Origin: Bacilli bacterium
GTDB lineage: Bacteria > Bacillota_I > Bacilli_A > RF39 > UBA660
DNA: 64,000 bases
Assembly: GCA_017397685.1 (NCBI GenBank)
Contig: JAFQID010000026.1
Coordinates: forward strand, 153-64,152
Direction: 5' to 3'
Position 1 is the first letter of the stretch. Each line of letters starts with the position of its first letter. Made by a program: the position numbers and the translations under genes. Under the pieces are notes generated by a model that worked only from the letters and a program-made list of their open reading frames with translations, was not told where the DNA came from and made no database searches. Positions 62,059 to 64,000 of the stretch are shown one piece after another.

Positions 62059-64000
62059 ATGGAAGAAAGATCTGAGTTTAGTAATGAAAATAATTTAAAA
62101 TATGATTCTTTTGAGGAAATTAAGAAAGATGTTAATGTTGATAATTATAAGGAAGAGGAAAGTAATAAGAAAAGAAGAAGAATTATTTTGCTTTTGTTAA
62201 TTTTGTTATTATTGTTGTTTATTTTTTTAGGTTATAAGTGTACTGGTGGTTGTTTGTTTTGTAATAATAAAATTACTATGAATATAGATATTGATGATGA
62301 TGGAGAGCCTGAGCTAAATTTAGATTTTGGTAGTGGTGAGTGTAAGGTAAATTGTACAAATGATAATAAAAAGCCTCAAATAAATGTTGATTTTGGTGAG
62401 GACAATATTCCGCATTTTAATATTGATGATGATGGAGATGGAAAAGCTGATAAGAATCTAATTAATCAAGATATTAATGGTGATGGAGTTTGTGATTTAA
62501 ACTGTGATACAGATGATGATGGATGGCCTGATGAGAATATCGATTTAAATGGTGATGGGAAATGCGATTTAAACTGTGATACTGATGGAAATGGAAGTTG
62601 TGATTTGAATTGTGATTTGAATGATGATGGAAAACCTGATACTAATATAGATTTTAATAATGATAAAGAACCACATTTTAATATTGATGATGATGGAGAT
62701 GGAAAGATAGAAAAAAATCCAACAAATCAAGATAAAGATAATGACGAAGTTTGCGATTTAAACTGTGATACTGATGATGATGGATGGCCTGATGAGAATA
62801 TTGATTTAGATGGCGATGGAAAATGCGATATTAATTGTGCTGGAAAATGTGATGTGAATTGTGACTTAGATGGCGATGGAAAGTGTGATCTAAATTGTGA
62901 TATGAATGGCGATGGAAAATGCGATTTAAATTGTGATTTGGATGGAGATGGAAAGCCTGATACTAATATTGATTATAATAATGATAAAGATCCACATTTT
63001 AATATTGATGATGATGGAGATGGAAAGGTAGATAAAAATCCAACAAATCAAGATAAAGATAAGGATGGAGTTTGCGATTTAAACTGCGATACTGATGATG
63101 ATGGATGGCCTGATGAGAATATTGATTTAGATGGGGATGGGAAATGCGATTTAAACTGTGATACTGATGGAAATGGAAGTTGTGATTTGAATTGTGATTT
63201 GAATGATGATGGAAAACCTGATACTAATATTGATTATAATGACGATAAAGAGCCACATTTTAATATTGATGATGATGGAGATGGTAAGATAGAAGAGAAT
63301 CCAACAAATCAAGATAAAAATAAAGATGGAGTATGCGATTTAAACTGTGATACTGATGATGATGGATGGCCTGATGAGAATATCGATTTAAATGGTGATG
63401 GGAAATGCGATTTAAACTGTGATACTGATGGTAATGGAAAGTGTGATTTGAATTGCGATTTAAATGATGATGGAAAACCTGATACTAATATTGATTATAA
63501 CGACGATAAAGAACCACATTTTAATATTGATGATGATGGAGATGGAAAGGTAGATGAAAATCCGACAAATCAAGATAAAAATAAAGATGGAGTATGCGAT
63601 TTAAATTGTGATACTAATGATGATGGATGGCCTGATAAAAATATCGATTTTAATGCTGATGGTGTATGTGATCAAAATTGTGATATCGATGTTTATGAAG
63701 GCGAAGAGTATGTGCTTAAGTTTTCAGATGGTTTAGATATGAATCAGCCTAATATTACTCCTGGATGGAAAGGTAGTAAAAATTTTACGATTACTAATAA
63801 AACTGATGAGGCTCAAACATTTAAGTTAGAATGGATAAATGTTACTAATACGTTTACTGAAGTTAATAATTTATATTATAAAATTACTAGGGATAATAAT
63901 GTTGTTAAAGATTCTCTTAGAACTCCGTATAATTCTGCGGTAATTCTTGATAATATTACTATACCTGCTTATAAAAGTTATGTTTATACTTTTGAGTTTG
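62059..64000 (+). CDS. large membrane-anchored surface protein with tandem thrombospondin-type-3-like Asp/Cys repeats (partial, runs off the window)
   Basis: Not in the ORF track because it is open-ended. AGAGGAG RBS and ATG at 62059. TM helix IILLLLILLLLLFIFL. Repeated DxDGDGKCDLNCD modules. A beta-rich domain begins ~63690. Confidence 0.75.
   Translation, partial: MEERSEFSNENNLKYDSFEEIKKDVNVDNYKEEESNKKRRRIILLLLILLLLLFIFLGYKCTGGCLFCNNKITMNIDIDDDGEPELNLDFGSGECKVNCTNDNKKPQINVDFGEDNIPHFNIDDDGDGKADKNLINQDINGDGVCDLNCDTDDDGWPDENIDLNGDGKCDLNCDTDGNGSCDLNCDLNDDGKPDTNIDFNNDKEPHFNIDDDGDGKIEKNPTNQDKDNDEVCDLNCDTDDDGWPDENIDLDGDGKCDINCAGKCDVNCDLDGDGKCDLNCDMNGDGKCDLNCDLDGDGKPDTNIDYNNDKDPHFNIDDDGDGKVDKNPTNQDKDKDGVCDLNCDTDDDGWPDENIDLDGDGKCDLNCDTDGNGSCDLNCDLNDDGKPDTNIDYNDDKEPHFNIDDDGDGKIEENPTNQDKNKDGVCDLNCDTDDDGWPDENIDLNGDGKCDLNCDTDGNGKCDLNCDLNDDGKPDTNIDYNDDKEPHFNIDDDGDGKVDENPTNQDKNKDGVCDLNCDTNDDGWPDKNIDFNADGVCDQNCDIDVYEGEEYVLKFSDGLDMNQPNITPGWKGSKNFTITNKTDEAQTFKLEWINVTNTFTEVNNLYYKITRDNNVVKDSLRTPYNSAVILDNITIPAYKSYVYTFEF
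62290..63700 (+). repeat. in-frame tandem DNA repeats, period 261 bp (one 321-bp unit), ~5 copies
   Basis: The marker CATTTTAATATTGATGATGATGGAGATGG recurs at 62413, 62674, 62995, 63256 and 63517. Units are near-identical at the nucleotide level. Confidence 0.9.

Noticed and set aside
62290-63700. Regularly spaced repeats that might superficially suggest a CRISPR or other non-coding array.
   Set aside because: The period is 261 bp, the units are contiguous with no unique spacers, and they are in frame within one long ORF encoding Asp/Cys repeats. No cas genes are in the window.

Overview
AT-rich, standard-code (TGA is used as a stop) low-GC Bacillota-like chromosome segment. No searches were run: every family call rests on motifs I recognise by eye, and RNA ends are approximate. 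Layout: (1) 1-6800, housekeeping: the 3' end of an rrn operon (23S tail, short 5S), tsaC/sua5, a lipoprotein, an M14 peptidase, gatCAB and tRNA-His. (2) 6752-46595, an apparently intact ~39.8 kb temperate prophage inserted in the 3' end of tRNA-His and bounded by a perfect 25-bp direct repeat. It carries a tyrosine integrase, an ImmA/XRE lysogeny module with a textbook divergent-promoter/operator switch, and a DnaD-type replication module with an 11-bp-phased iteron-like array. It also has a Sak(Rad52-like)/YqaJ-like/NinB/SSB recombination module and about 25 small early ORFs. A 300-bp structured non-coding leader ending in a strong terminator precedes HNH-TerS-TerL. Then come portal, scaffold and capsid genes, a podovirus-like (P22-order) tail region, and lysis genes. 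The tail region includes a BspA/DUF285 leucine-rich-repeat protein, a 2017-aa candidate polyvalent ejected protein (HExxH zincin plus a MuF_C/PBECR-like module) and a fibre protein with an L27/Prp-type cleavage motif. (3) 46600-56240, host genes: a LigD-like phosphoesterase-polymerase without ligase or Ku, a hemolysin-III family protein, a heterodimeric ABC exporter, an AlkD-like repair protein, and T-box-controlled metG. (4) 56282-60731, a tightly coupled four-gene cluster with no recognisable family. One protein ends in a RelE/ParE-like domain and two carry mTERF-like helical repeats. This cluster and the giant phage protein are my best candidates for something undescribed. (5) 60794-64000, Cys-rich surface proteins, including a partial ORF built from near-identical 261-bp tandem units of thrombospondin-type-3-like Asp/Cys repeats. 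No CRISPR array, transposase or reverse transcriptase was seen.
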